Source: Polymyxa betae A26-41
Taxonomy: Eukaryota; Protista; Endomyxa: Phytomyxea
Assembly (NCBI GenBank): GCA_003693705.1
Contig: RBZT01000682.1
Location: 1 to 36,450 of the forward strand
Direction: 5' to 3'
DNA length: 36,450 nucleotides
Made by a program: the position numbers and the translations under genes. This document shows positions 10,470 through 22,302 of the stretch, piece by piece (the first letter of the stretch is position 1; each line of letters opens with the position of its first letter). The notes under the pieces are model-generated. The model was not told the origin of the DNA, searched no databases, and saw only the letters and a program-made list of their open reading frames with translations.

Positions 10470-13100
10470 AAAATTTGTGTTTCTGTCCCGATATTGTCCC
10501 CTCGTAGTCGCTGCCAACGCTGAATGAGGTGCCGACTGAACCGATTTCCGAAGGCGCTCATACTTCAACAATGGGCTCTGGGCCCAGCTCGCGACTCTAC
10601 ATGGCGAGAAGTTGCTTGGGACTGAGAGCTGCTCAATCAGGAAGATCCAGATGCAGTCGTTCCTGCGTCGGAACGATTTGGAGTCCTTCGTTAGCGAATC
10701 TAATTAGGACGAGGAGCAGCGGTCTCAAGTCGCGTATGCGGTTTTCGATGAGATGCTGTGTTCATTCTCCGACAACCTGATACCGGCGTTTTGTCAGCGC
10801 CTGTAGCAATCGTCTGCTTCACAGATCACACAAACGAATGCAGGTGAAATCGGAATGGAACCTCTTCCATCCAGCTCGGTCCGGTTATTCCGCCACGGAA
10901 TCCGTTGCGGAGTGGGACCGATTATAGGGGGTAGTTTTATATATATATAAAGTAATGAGTAGTTTTTTGGAAATTATTGTATTAATTGACAAACGCCACG
11001 ACTGCGAGCGATTTAGGGAAGGCGGTGGTATAGCGTTACGAAAACCTGTCTCGGACGCGTGTCATCACTCTGAGAGCGCTGTTCTAAAATCTTAAGCTCT
11101 ACAAGGACGGCAATCTGAGCGTATTCTTAGACAAGTTTCATGAGATTGTATCTGAGCTGCGGCAGGCTCTATGAGTCAGTGAGCTGCGGCAGGCGTCTAT
11201 GAGTCAGGTCTCGGACGCGGATGAGATACAGATTTTGGTCCAGAATATCAAGACTGATCGCTGCGAGTCAGAGCTACGATGTTATCATGTATAAGCCCGA
11301 GTTGTCGTTGATGGATGTCTGTGATCGGCTCCGAGCATCCGAGGACAACATTGTGGCACGGTTTGGATCATCGAAGCATCACAAAGATCGGACGAACCAA
11401 GGCCAGCTACTCTTTACGGGGGATGAGATTAAAACCATGCGACAGGTCAGAGGGCGCTGCTTCAATTGCAGCTAGCGTGGGCATTTCGCCAAGGACTTCC
11501 GGTCTCCCAAGAAAAGTGAGAAACCATCGTCTACTGATGAGTTCGCATTTGCTGCCGGCGCTCAGGAGCAGCTTTATGATGTGGCCGACTCTTGTTATGT
11601 CGATTCCGGTGCATCACGTTATATGACCGGGAACAAAGGCCTGCTTAGCAACTTTTCTCGAGCTCCAGGACAAGGTCAACATTTTTGACGGCAGATGGCC
11701 GTACCTTTTGTACGGTTGGAGCTGGCGATATGAAGGTCGGTTGGGGTAAGACTGTTACGTTGGAGGACGTGCTTTATGTCCTTGACCTGAAAATGAATCT
11801 TCTGTCTTTGAGTGAGGCGACTGCGAATGGCGCCAAGATTTCGTTCTCTGGCGATTCCTGTTACGCCTCGCTAAACTGGAAGGAGCTCATGCTGGGCGTT
11901 TGCCAAAGATGTTCTCGTTGACTTTATCCGGGCCGTTGACAGAGTTTTGCATAAACTACCCGGGCATTTAAACTATACGGCTATTGAGAGTATGGTTAGA
12001 GATGGAGCCGTCAGAGGAGTGAAGCTTCGGAGCGCTTAACCCGATAAGTGCCCGAATTGCGTCGAGGTGAAACCAACTAACAGTGCGTTTATTCCCAAAC
12101 AGAACTCAAGGCAGACAAACCATGTCAACGATCTAATGCATTCGGACGTGGTATTTGGTGGAAAGAAATATGCTGTAGTCTATATTGGCGATTTCTGAAG
12201 GTTTTTTCTGCTATTGGTTTAGCTCGAAAGAGCAATGTTCTGGATGCGTTCTGTTGAAGCAACGTAAACTGTTGCTATGAAATTCTGTTTGGTTATGAGC
12301 GAAGAGTGGCTAAGGTACCTCGATCTCTCGTACAATGTTGCACGGCCTTTATTTCCACTTCAATGATTGTTGTTTATTTATAGAGTTGATTATATACACA
12401 GACTAGTTGGCGATGGTATTATGGGACCTTTTCATTGTTGCGCATGCCGTGAGGCGCCACTCCATTCATGTCGTCGTCACATGGCTCCAAGTCGGGGGTC
12501 AAGTATAGGATCCACATCAACACGTTCAAGGACTACAAAGAAAGGCCGAAACGATGCATCGAAGGCCAATTCAACGCTTTCGCTCTGATAAAGGTGAAGA
12601 GTATTTTTCGTCGGCGTTCAGCGATTTTCTGAAGAACAACGGTAAAAAGCGCAAGCTCACTGTGTCTAGGCCACCTCAGGAAAATGGCGTTTCGGAAAGG
12701 CTCAACCGAACGATGATGGAAATGCCTCGAGCAATGATATTGGAGTCCGGTCTGTCCAAGGCATATTGTGCGGAAGCTGTTCATACGGCGGTATACATTC
12801 GGAACAGCTGCATATCTTCTGCCTTGCTAGCGGCAAATACCCAGTATAAATTTTGATTTGGGCGCAAACCCAGTATCGAGCATTTTCGCGCTTTTTTGCA
12901 ACAAGGTTTGGTACAAGATAGATGGTGCGGTAAACTGGATCAGCATGCCAAGGTCTGTAGAATTATTGGAGACTCGACTGATAAGAAAGGTTATCAAATT
13001 AAGGACGAGAATTTTCACAAGGTGGTCGTCAGTTGCGACGTCAAGTTTCAGGAGCTTGAAGGGCCCCGAATATGAGGCGATGAAACTCAACTTAGTGAGA
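10470..13100 (+). mobile_element. Ty1/copia remnant: 5' LTR end, PBS, gag, protease, GAG-pre-integrase, integrase
   Basis: ..TTCAACA (10570) is followed by atGGGCTCTGGGCCCAG. Then EKLLGTESCSIRKIQMQSFLRRNDL, RCFNCS*RGHFAKD, CYVDSGASRYMTG, TLEDVLYVLDLKMNLLSL, LMHSDV, RFRSDKGEEY and PPQENGVSERLNRTMMEM. Confidence 0.92.
12252..12522. mobile_element. Solo LTR (271 bp) inserted in the copia integrase
   Basis: TGTTGA...TCAACA termini with a perfect 5-bp TSD CGTTC at 12247-12251 and 12523-12527. Removing it restores ..SNVLDAF|KDYK. Confidence 0.92.
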
Positions 13101-13975
13101 TACAAGAGCGACGGTCAGCAATTGGCAGAGAGCCTGAACCAATCGACAAGTGTTTGGACGAAGCCAGCTTTATCATCGACGATCAGACTTTGCTTTGTCT
13201 CGCCCGCAACGATGACGAACCGAAGAGCCGGGCCGAGGCGCACAAGTCGGATGAAGCCGATCTAAGGCAGGAGGCTACAGTCGACTGCGCCATTGCAGGA
13301 ACAGAGTGATGAGAAAGAGGTGAGCGCCGACTAAAGGCGCGGGGTGGTATAAGCCACCCAAAAGACAGGGGATCGGGAACGGACCAAGTCTCCGATAAGA
13401 GTATCTCGCAAGGCGAACGACAAACTGTGAATCGTGTTACAGCGCTGGTGGATTGTTGGATGAACCGCACAAGACGTCGCCTTCAGGCCGGGTGATTTGA
13501 ATGGGAGGTGAAGCCACTCCATTTCATCGTGGTTAATGAGCGCCAATCCCGGCGGCTCTTAATAAGGGCTGCTGGACAGCGTCGCGAATTAACAAAGACT
13601 TCTCCCGTCAACCTTAGCCTGCGACACGTTCATATTGGACGTACAGATTTTTTTAATGTCGATTGGATGATTTTGGTAACTACGAGGCGACATCACGGAA
13701 ACAGACATTTCAAGGACTTGGGATGTGTCTCTGAAGACGAACAGGGTCACAAGACCGACTCGGCCGATAGTTTTATGCCGTATCACGAATCCGACTTTAG
13801 CATTCAAAGTGAATCCGAGTCGGACTCACAAGAATCCGACAACTGATGAGATGATTGCGTCACCGATGAAGAATAATGGAAAAACTCAAGGTGAGGATGT
13901 TACAAGTTTCCAAACGATTGTGTGGTGCGGCGCATCCACCACGCAGTTTGATCATCTTTCGAGCCTAGCGTGTGC

Positions 13976-14360
13976 TCATGCAATAATCGAAATCATGTCT
14001 CGTCTAACTAAGTCTCTCGCCTTTTTTTCGTAGAACCGGTTAAAAATCTTTCCCTCCTGCTGAATCCTATAACAATCACCATGGACCCATTTCCTCTCGG
14101 AATCCAGAATATCCTCAATCTTAGAACGCGTTTGGATACCAGGCAATTTCTGTATCGGATTTTTCGAAAACTGGATTTCTTTCCTGAAAGAACCGGTTTT
14201 CGGAAAATCTGGATTTTGAGTACTTGCGGGCACCAAACGAACGTGAGCTCGTCTGAGTATGAAGACACTTGGAATCACGATCGTATGTACCATGTGACAA
14301 ACCCCAGTATAATTGGAAGACTTCTTGGGTTTATCCGCATTCTTCTTCAATATTCTTACA
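13976..14360 (-). pseudogene. Possible C-terminal (SH3/chromo-like) part of a Polinton/Ginger-type integrase
   Basis: VRILKK..NYT..VHTIVIPSVFIL..SFRKEIQF..KIEDILDSERKW..FNRF loosely follows the VRI..WT..Y.L..FY..ELQ..IE.IL..FN.W pattern. No catalytic core seen. Confidence 0.25.
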
Positions 14361-15818
14361 CATCTGTTCAGTCAGGTTTTCCGGACCTTTGCAAGCCGGA
14401 TGACCGGTTTTTTACAATGATAATACTCGATCAAAGCTTTCTGAAGACGCTTCGAAACAGTTCTGTTTTAGATTTGTCACAATCATGAGCTTTGACTCGA
14501 TAATCTTGCTGGCAGGTCGCTGCACTTGTCTTCAATTATGAATGGATGCTCAGGTTCATACTGTGGATCTTGCTCAATATAAAGATAATCCAAATCGTTG
14601 CCCTAAAATTGAATATGATTAGATACGATATGGTCTGTCAAACAGAACAAAATTTCCCTTTCATAATTTAAAATAAGGTTGTGCAAAATCACACAATAAC
14701 GGATCACTAATGCCATTGCATGCCGATCCCATAATTCGCAGGGTTTTGTTTAAACATGGAATCGGCGCTGCAGGATCCAAAGCGATCGCTCGATATTAAA
14801 GTTGTCCGTAAATGGTTATAAACTCAGGGTTCTCGTCCTGAGCTCACATAAACTCCGGATGAAGAATTTTTGCGCCACGGACTTTCCCAAAACTCGGGAC
14901 CAAACTCCAAACTGCTGCCCAAAACGTCCAGAACTGAGTTTCATCCCGAGTTTGCATCGAAGGATGATATTCTTGGACTTCTTCATGTTGAAACGGAGTG
15001 CAGTGGGCTGAATTACACCAACGACAGCAACCTCCCTGCAGCTGATAGTGGCGAAGGCCAATGCCATTGGAAAGGTAGACTTTTTGACGACCTGCCGTGT
15101 CACACTCCCGAGAAACAATGGATCGATGATGTAGCGGGCAAAAGAGGAAATGCCGGCCCAAAGAAACGAGTCATTGTCGACAGCTATCGTCTTAGCGTCC
15201 TAATGGCCTCTTATTATCGTCATTTTGAGGAATAAAACGTCAGCAGGACCAAGGTAACACAGATCATTCCTGCTAAGGTGTGGACAAAGGTATACTGTCA
15301 AAACAATGTTCTGCTTCCCTCAAAGTTTCTCTATTCCGAGTGTACGCTTGAGGTTTATGGAGATTACAGTATAGAATCAGGGGTAAATTATACCTTTTTC
15401 ATACCAAACACCAGCTGTTGACACCAATAATTTGGTGATTCCACTCCAATCAGCATGGTGTAAACACCAATTGTCGGGTATCCACTGGTGCTAGTATCTT
15501 TCCACGTATCGAATCCAATCGAATCCATCCAATCAGGTGGTAGTGTCAATACTGGTAGAACACCAGACACCTTTAGTTATAGTTGATACTTTTGCGACAC
15601 CATAAGGGTCCGTGGCAGTCCGATGACAGCTGCTACTATGAAAGGGTTCTTCTGAGACCAAATCAGCACCAGTTGGTGTCAGACAGCTGGGGTCGGCTCC
15701 ATACTGGCCCATGGTCATCGGCGATTCAACTAAAAATTGTTACAATTCACAATTAAAAAATACCAGCATTGTTCAAAATTTCAAATAATTTATTCATTGT
15801 TTCTCAAAATTCAAACTA

Positions 15819-16574
15819 TTAATTATTTTTCAAAACATGCAGCCAAGGCCGTGGCGGGTTTCCAGCTTTCAGCCACACCATGGACCGCCATTTGGTCCCA
15901 TATTTTTCCCATAGCTGACCGGCTGCCTCGCCGACGTTAGCATAGGATCCTTTCATGGCCCGTTTCGTGTTTGGATCGCAGGCCCATAACCCAGCCGTAT
16001 GTGGGATGATCTCGCCTAACCGGTTTCGGTCTGAACTTGACAAACTGGCGGATGAGGTCGAGTTCGCGGGAAGCATTCCGGGCTGGATCAATGTGCTCTT
16101 GAGGGAATATATCCATTTCGACATCCTCGTTTTGACGGCTACCGCTACTCTCCGGATCTTCCAAATCTTCATCTTCGTTAATTTGCCATATTTTTTCTAA
16201 AAGCACTGGTTTAACCCAGTGTCTAGTTTTTTGGCATAAACCCCGAACCATGTTGATGAATTGAACGTACGCCATTGAACTTCGCTGGAAAAAAACGTTG
16301 ACGCTCTCCGCTTCAGCCAGTTATCAATCAGCAACTCTTTCATCATTTTAACATTTGTTCTCAGAGTTGGGAAAAATGTCATGCTATAGTCCAGACAGCC
16401 AAACTGCGTCCCAGAAAATTCTTCAATTCCTTCAGATGTTAATAAATTATTCATCTCAATAAATTTCCAGAATTTTTCCAGAGACCCGAACGTTTCTCCG
16501 GTCACCTCCCACCGTTCGGAAAACAGATCCTTAGCCACCTCGTTTTCTGTCATATCTTCCCAGGCTTCTTGCAT
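15819..16574 (-). pseudogene. Hypothetical protein, frameshifted
   Basis: ATG at 16574 after an AT-rich spacer. Overlapping ORFs 16197-16574, 15937-16275 and 15819-16172 have protein-like composition. No motif recognised. Confidence 0.35.
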
Positions 16575-16629
16575 TTATAAAAAATTAAAACAACGATTCT
16601 TCATAGTTTTGTTCAATTTTGGAACAAAT

Positions 16630-17415
16630 CTAATATTTTTCATTCATCCCATGATAATACTTGAACGAGAGGCCGCCTAATTGGAACGATACTCCGCCGT
16701 AATCGGTCCAGAATAACTGATGAGTCTGGCACTTCTTTAATGATCGGCGTTGCCCTCGTTCTGGACAGCGTAACAAACGCATCCTATCCGAACTCCTCTG
16801 CATTGCCATATCCGCCACGAATCCCACCGATTCGTTCCCTACATCCAGTCGAAGTCCGTGATCGTGATATAGCAGGTCCAATCGATGCAAACAATCTCGA
16901 AGCAGGCTTTTCTGCTCGTACACAATCCAGACGAGCCGCTCTACTCCAGCTCGAACGCAGCTATCAATTAAGGCGTCTGTCGGACATGGAAATCGGGATC
17001 CATTCAGCACCATCTGACTACATACAGAATTATACAATTTGATTGAATAAAATTCCTGCAGATTAGATCGAATTTCGTTCATCAAAACTGGGCCAGGTTT
17101 TTGTGGATGAACCAGGCGAATGCATGGAAACGAAGTCATAAGTGCATATTGTCGTAAATATTTGTATTTTGTGCCTGATCGCACCATACAGTATGATGGC
17201 GCCTGATAATCTCCGAGAACTTGGCGAATGCCAATACGGTCCTGCACCATTATTACACTATCAAGGTCGATTTTGTCGGCATAATAATTAGAATTTTTGA
17301 TAGCGTAATCATCGAAATCAAAATAATCCAGCAAGTCCTGATAATGTTGCATAACAAAATTTGGTTTAAGCAGCTTGTGATCGTTCCGCAGTACACAGAT
17401 CCCTGATATTTTCAA
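16630..17415 (-). CDS. Hypothetical protein (261-aa ORF, start uncertain)
   Basis: Longest ORF that I cannot assign to a TE or virus, bounded by AT-rich spacers. No motif recognised. Confidence 0.45.
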   Translation of the reverse strand: MKISGICVLRNDHKLLKPNFVMQHYQDLLDYFDFDDYAIKNSNYYADKIDLDSVIMVQDRIGIRQVLGDYQAPSYCMVRSGTKYKYLRQYALMTSFPCIRLVHPQKPGPVLMNEIRSNLQEFYSIKLYNSVCSQMVLNGSRFPCPTDALIDSCVRAGVERLVWIVYEQKSLLRDCLHRLDLLYHDHGLRLDVGNESVGFVADMAMQRSSDRMRLLRCPERGQRRSLKKCQTHQLFWTDYGGVSFQLGGLSFKYYHGMNEKY

Positions 17416-17557
17416 TTATATTATTATCTGTAATTCATCATTTTAAAACTATAAAAAACAAAAATATATACTATTTAACGCAATAATAGTTTGAAGAAAT
17501 TACGCTCTATGGGGTTAGTTCTCTCATTCAATTATCGACCGTCTCGTCATTTAGATC

Positions 17558-18473
17558 ATGCTGCCGGCTTTCGTCGCCGCCGTCCGGGACGCCGCCAAAC
17601 TCCTCGCGGATCGGCTCGACACTATTCTTATGGATGAACTGATGACCAAGACGGATGCTGCTCTCGGAGTAAACTACAAGCCGCCGACATCGGGAGTGTT
17701 CAACACGCCGACAGCCCCGCTCACGCAGTCTCGTTTCCATCAAATCGGAAGCCAAAACACTCGTGCAGAGTTGAATCAATCTGCTAAACCCAGTCCAGCA
17801 GACTCAAAAATTTCCAAGAAAAATTCTGTCTAGTACACACACAAAAAATGGTAATATTGCAAACCCTTAACAAGTTCACTGATTCCGATCGTCTGTAGTG
17901 AAAACTTCACCGAAATCACAGTCTATCAAGACTGTCCCTAATAACACAATAAAAAAAGGCTGTTGATGAAGCAAAATCCAAAAACAGAAATTGATGGCCG
18001 CCTGGATCAGTGTCTGCGGAAGGTCTGGCCACACGACTAGTACCTGGAAAGGATTGGTCGATCTGGTCGGCAAGAAGTACGATATGAGTGCAGACGGGTG
18101 GAAAACCTGTTTCCGCTCACATCTATCTGAACAATTCAAGAATGACCGAGCCGAATTTGATGGATTCGCTGAAGACTTTAAAAAACAAAATCCAGAGACT
18201 TACAAATTAATGTGCGAGACCGCCGCCCAGCTACCGGTATCGAAATCGCCTGGTCGTACTGGCTTTACCAATATGCCCAAACGAAAGTTTAAGCGGACCA
18301 TCCAAATGAGTGATCCAGAAAATAATCAAGAAGATAATCAAGAAGATAATCAAGAAGATAACGACGATTCTGATGCCGACAGTAACCCTGACGAAAGTAG
18401 CGATGAGGAAGGAGATGAAGAAAAAGAAGATGAAGAAGTCAAAGATGAAGACGTCATGGAAGAAGATTATTAA
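17558..18473 (+). CDS. Hypothetical protein(s) with acidic C-terminal tail; possibly spliced or broken
   Basis: ORFs 17558-17833 and 17991-18473. The second has a Trp-spaced helical segment (AAWISVC..TWKGLV..GWKTCF) and a D/E-rich tail. Confidence 0.4.
18321..18362 (+). repeat. 12-bp coding tandem repeat (ATAATCAAGAAG x3 plus a partial copy)
   Basis: Encodes NQEDNQEDNQEDN. Confidence 0.9.
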
Positions 18474-18716
18474 GAATTTACGATAACAATGACGACGACG
18501 CGAAGAAGGAAGACATATAATTTCATTATCAATAAATACGAGTTTGACCACTATTCACCACATTCTATGCGATAACACCAGACCGGGTTGACACCATGCC
18601 CTGGCGTTAACTCCAGATTGTGTCAACTCTAGACCCTGGCGTTAGGAAGAAATCAGCCGACACCAGATTGCTCGATTGCTGAAGAAACTCTAAAAGAACG
18701 TATCCAGGAAACGAAA

Positions 18717-19136
18717 ATGGAGCAAAAGACCGGTACCTCTGATCCTGAAGGTAATCTGGCAACATTACAGCCGTCTGACGTGCCTGAAAAAATCAAGCAA
18801 ACCGATGGTCATGCCAAGAAAAATATTCTTCTTAAAAGAGAGGAATGCATCAATTGTATGGAGACCGGGATCAAATCTGTCCAGAAGCCAACACCGGAAG
18901 CATCGCTAGAGCCGGCTTTAAAGCCTACAAAAACCAAAATCCAGCGCTTTCAGGAGCAAGCATCCTCGATCACAAATATTAGTGATAGTTTTGATGCCAC
19001 CCGATCGGTCAAGCAAAAGTTACTGGAGGCTAAAGACGCTCGAGCTCAAGTTGACAATCTCAAAGAGGCACGCGATTTGGGTCTGACATCAGAGGAAGAA
19101 TTAAAGGCCCGAGCCAGCGCTTTATTATTGAAATAA
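18717..19136 (+). CDS. Hypothetical protein with SHOCT-like C-terminus
   Basis: ATG-to-stop ORF ending VDNLKEARDLGLTSEEELKARASALL, which fits the SHOCT pattern L..LK...D.G.I(S/T)EEE. Confidence 0.5.
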   Translation: MEQKTGTSDPEGNLATLQPSDVPEKIKQTDGHAKKNILLKREECINCMETGIKSVQKPTPEASLEPALKPTKTKIQRFQEQASSITNISDSFDATRSVKQKLLEAKDARAQVDNLKEARDLGLTSEEELKARASALLLK

Positions 19137-19265
19137 ATGAATATGGGTCGAGATGTAATCAAAGCTAAATGTGGAATGTCAAACGAAAAAAGTTAGTAAA
19201 CACATACTGATGAAATCTGAATTTAGAAGTCTCCATCCCATCCTTGATCTTCATCATCATTGGTT

Positions 19266-20600
19266 TCACCTTGCACATCCGCTCGCATATCCAACCGTCG
19301 TCACTGGATGAAATTTGTTAAGACGGCTGCCGCCTGAAATAGCAAAGGAAATTGACTTTCGAAAGAAGTGACATTTCTCCATATTAATTCGTAAATTGGC
19401 AGAAGTGAGGCGATTTAACGTGTCGACTAAATCGACGAGATGTTGTTCGGGATCAGGAGATCCTATTGGGATGTCGTCCTGGAAGCACTTCACTCAGGTC
19501 GAAGTCTGAAAGATAACATTCATCATTCTTTGCAAAACTGATGATGTAGGCTTCAGACCGAACGGTGTACCTGCGAACATCAAACGACGACCGAACCAAG
19601 TAAAGGCGAGTTTAACACGATCTGGTGGATTGACAGGCAGTTGTAGAAAACTCTGCTTAAATCGATGGCGCTGAAGATTGTATTACCGGCGAGGAATCGA
19701 AATAATTCTGTGACCAATAGGCGATTCAATCGTCTTGGATCCAGACAGTCACGTCCTGGCTGTTTAACGCCAGTCTTCGGGTCCTTCCTCCGAGCAACTG
19801 TCAGTGGCAGGTTCCACTGACAATTTCTTGGAGCTTCAGTGACCTTGCCATTGTCGATCCAATCCTGAACTTGACGGTCGACCAAAGGATGTAGTGTTTC
19901 CGTGATATCGTATTGGCGTTTGCAGATCGGTGGTATATCACCAGTATCCAAGACCATAACGGCTTCGGGTAAGTTAAGAAAAGAATTTCGAGGAGCTGAT
20001 TGATTGTCCCGAATGGCTTTCAGAATTTGCGAATGCTGAGCATAATGATGTAGCTCTGCCGAACTCGGCAAAATCATACAAGGTTCTTTATCTTCAAACG
20101 AATAGGAATGCGGGTGCGATGAAGGCGTACCTATGGGTAGGCTTATGATTCCGACTCCTAAGACTCGGAATAAATCAAGTCCAATAGTGACTGTAACGCC
20201 TTGCGGCGGCTGGACGATTTCGAAGCGGTGCGAATACGACCAGGAACCCCATGTGAAACTTACCTCCACAGAACCTTGGCGTTTAATGAACAGTCCGCGT
20301 TGTGATAGGCTAATTTTCGAACCGGTCTCTGCTGGTATAAAAGTCTGTTTGGATTGTTCAGGTAATTCTTCGAAGATATTGATTTGATCAGAGATGGAAG
20401 AAAAGGAAGAACCGGTATCGATGTAAGCGCGTTCATGAATATTTTCATCGAGTGTGATTGGGACAAAAATAGCGGTGTCATAGTCGATATCGTCATCGCT
20501 GATTGCATGGAAAGCTGGGCATTTATTGAACAGCTTTTGAACTCCCGACACGCTTTCCAAATTCCGCAGTGGGCGAGGAACGATCGATGCAATCTTACCT
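19266..20600 (-). mobile_element. Ty3/gypsy pol remnant (aspartic protease plus reverse transcriptase)
   Basis: AYIDTGSSFSSIS; PPICKRQY..WNLPLTVARRKD..RDCLDPRRLN..IFSAIDL; TPFGLK; CFQDDIPIGS..HL..LRINMEKCHF. Confidence 0.92.
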
Positions 20601-20649
20601 AATGAGATGCTTATAACACAGCATTAACCAAATCTTCGCAGGAGTCGAA

Positions 20650-22302
20650 GTGAGCGCCGTCCACCTCAACAGCAAAAACCAACTGGCGAGACCCGACATT
20701 CAGACGCTCTCCATTTCTCAAATAAAAGTGCCTTCGTCTGTCAGAGAAGCTTTATCATCAGCATGCGCTGGCCATTGGTATGAAGCCATGGCTAACGAAA
20801 TGCAACAAGTAGAGACCTTAAAAACATGGACCCTCGAACAACAACCCCTGTACGAAAAGCAAGCTCGTGCAAATGGGTTTTTAATATCAAGCCGGACCAG
20901 ACCGGAGACGGGTCCATACGTAAATTCAAGACCAGGCTGGTGGTCAAGGGCTTCGCCCAACAGGCCGGAACTGATTATGATGAAACGTTTGCCCCTGTCG
21001 CACATCATCAATCATTCCGCGTTCTGTTCGCACTTGCTGCTCAGCACGGCCTGTCTGTGCACCAAATTGATATAGTTGGTGCTTTTCTCAACAGTGAAAT
21101 TGAAGAAGAAATTTACATGAAACAACCCGACCAGTTTATCGTCACCGGCTGTGATCGAGCAGTTTGCAAGCTCAACAAGGCTCTGTATGGACCGAAGCAA
21201 GTTGGCATGATATTGAACCAGCAACTGGACAACTTCCTGGTCAACGACCTTAAGTTTCGACATGCGGTATCCGACCGATGCATCAACGTTCTCAGACAGC
21301 AAAACAGCATTGTCCTGTTAGGAATCCACTTCGATGATATTCTGCTCGCCTACAACAGTAATGATCTTTGTCAGTCAATAATTCGTCAATTCTCTCTGAA
21401 ATGGGAGGTTCTGACCTTGGGGACCCGTCACGGATCTTGGGACTACACATCTATCGTGACACAACCAATGGCACCATATACAAAAACCCGACGGAGTACA
21501 TTGAAGAGCTCTTCGCAAGGTTCAGAATGACTGATTGCAAACCACTTGGGACACCACACCACCCCGGAGTGTACCTGACTACCTTAATGGGTCCCAGTAC
21601 TGCAGAAGAAAAGATAGAGATGCAATTTGTTCCGTGCGCTGAACTTGTCGGAAGTCTAAATTGGATATCAACTAACACCCGTCCTGTGATAGCCACTTCT
21701 GTTGGGATCCTATGTACATTCATCAGAAATCCAGGACGTCAACATTGGAAAGCAGCCCAAAGGGTTTTACTGTATTTATCCGGAACTAAGAACTGACAAT
21801 CGAGCGAAACATATTGATGTTAAATACCATTATGTCCGAGAGCACATCAGGAAAGGTCAAATTCAAGTTCACTACGTTCCGGCAGAAAGAATGATCGCAG
21901 GTATGTTTACAAAGCCTACGTTAACCTCCAAGTTTAAACTTTGCATGAAGGAGATCGTTAAATCCCAGGATATCAGCTTGAGGGGGCGTGTTGAACTCCA
22001 ACCTGCTACCCTTGCAGTGGACCCTGGGGCGACGCATGCCAACACACAGCATACAGCGCATCCCAGCATATCGCCCACAAGGATAGTGTGATGACAACAA
22101 TGCCTACAGCTTGCATGGTAAGTCCGTGACGGATTTAATTACTTATATGACAGTGCCCTATTCTCTGATCCGTATTTAATGGCAATCGAACCGATACATA
22201 GTATAGTACATTCATTCATCTTTTCACTCTTCCTGTAAAAACGTCCTTTCTATTGTCTAATCTTTCGATTAAGACCCGGTCCTTCAGCCCTGCTGTCTAA
22301 CA
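20650..22302 (+). mobile_element. Ty1/copia 3' half: RT, RNase H, polypurine tract, 3' LTR
   Basis: KWVFNIK..KFKTRLVVKGFAQQAGTDYDETFAPV, HQIDIVGAFLN, KLNKALYGPKQ, IHFDDILL and RAKHIDVKYHYVRE. The PPT TTGAGGGGGCG lies immediately before the LTR. Confidence 0.95.
21989..22302 (+). repeat. 3' LTR (314 bp) of the copia element
   Basis: Starts TGTTG right after the PPT and ends TAACA, where another copia coding sequence resumes. Confidence 0.8.

Noticed and set aside
11153-11207. 27/28-bp tandem duplication in copia gag
   Set aside because: Real, but a simple local duplication in a dead element.
15981-15994. GGCCCATAACCCAG, matching the tRNA-iMet anticodon arm / copia PBS
   Set aside because: No surrounding tRNA structure and no adjacent LTR end or gag; probably chance.
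18231-18551. Very hydrophobic ORF resembling a membrane protein
   Set aside because: It is the antisense shadow of the GAA/GAT-rich acidic tail on the + strand.
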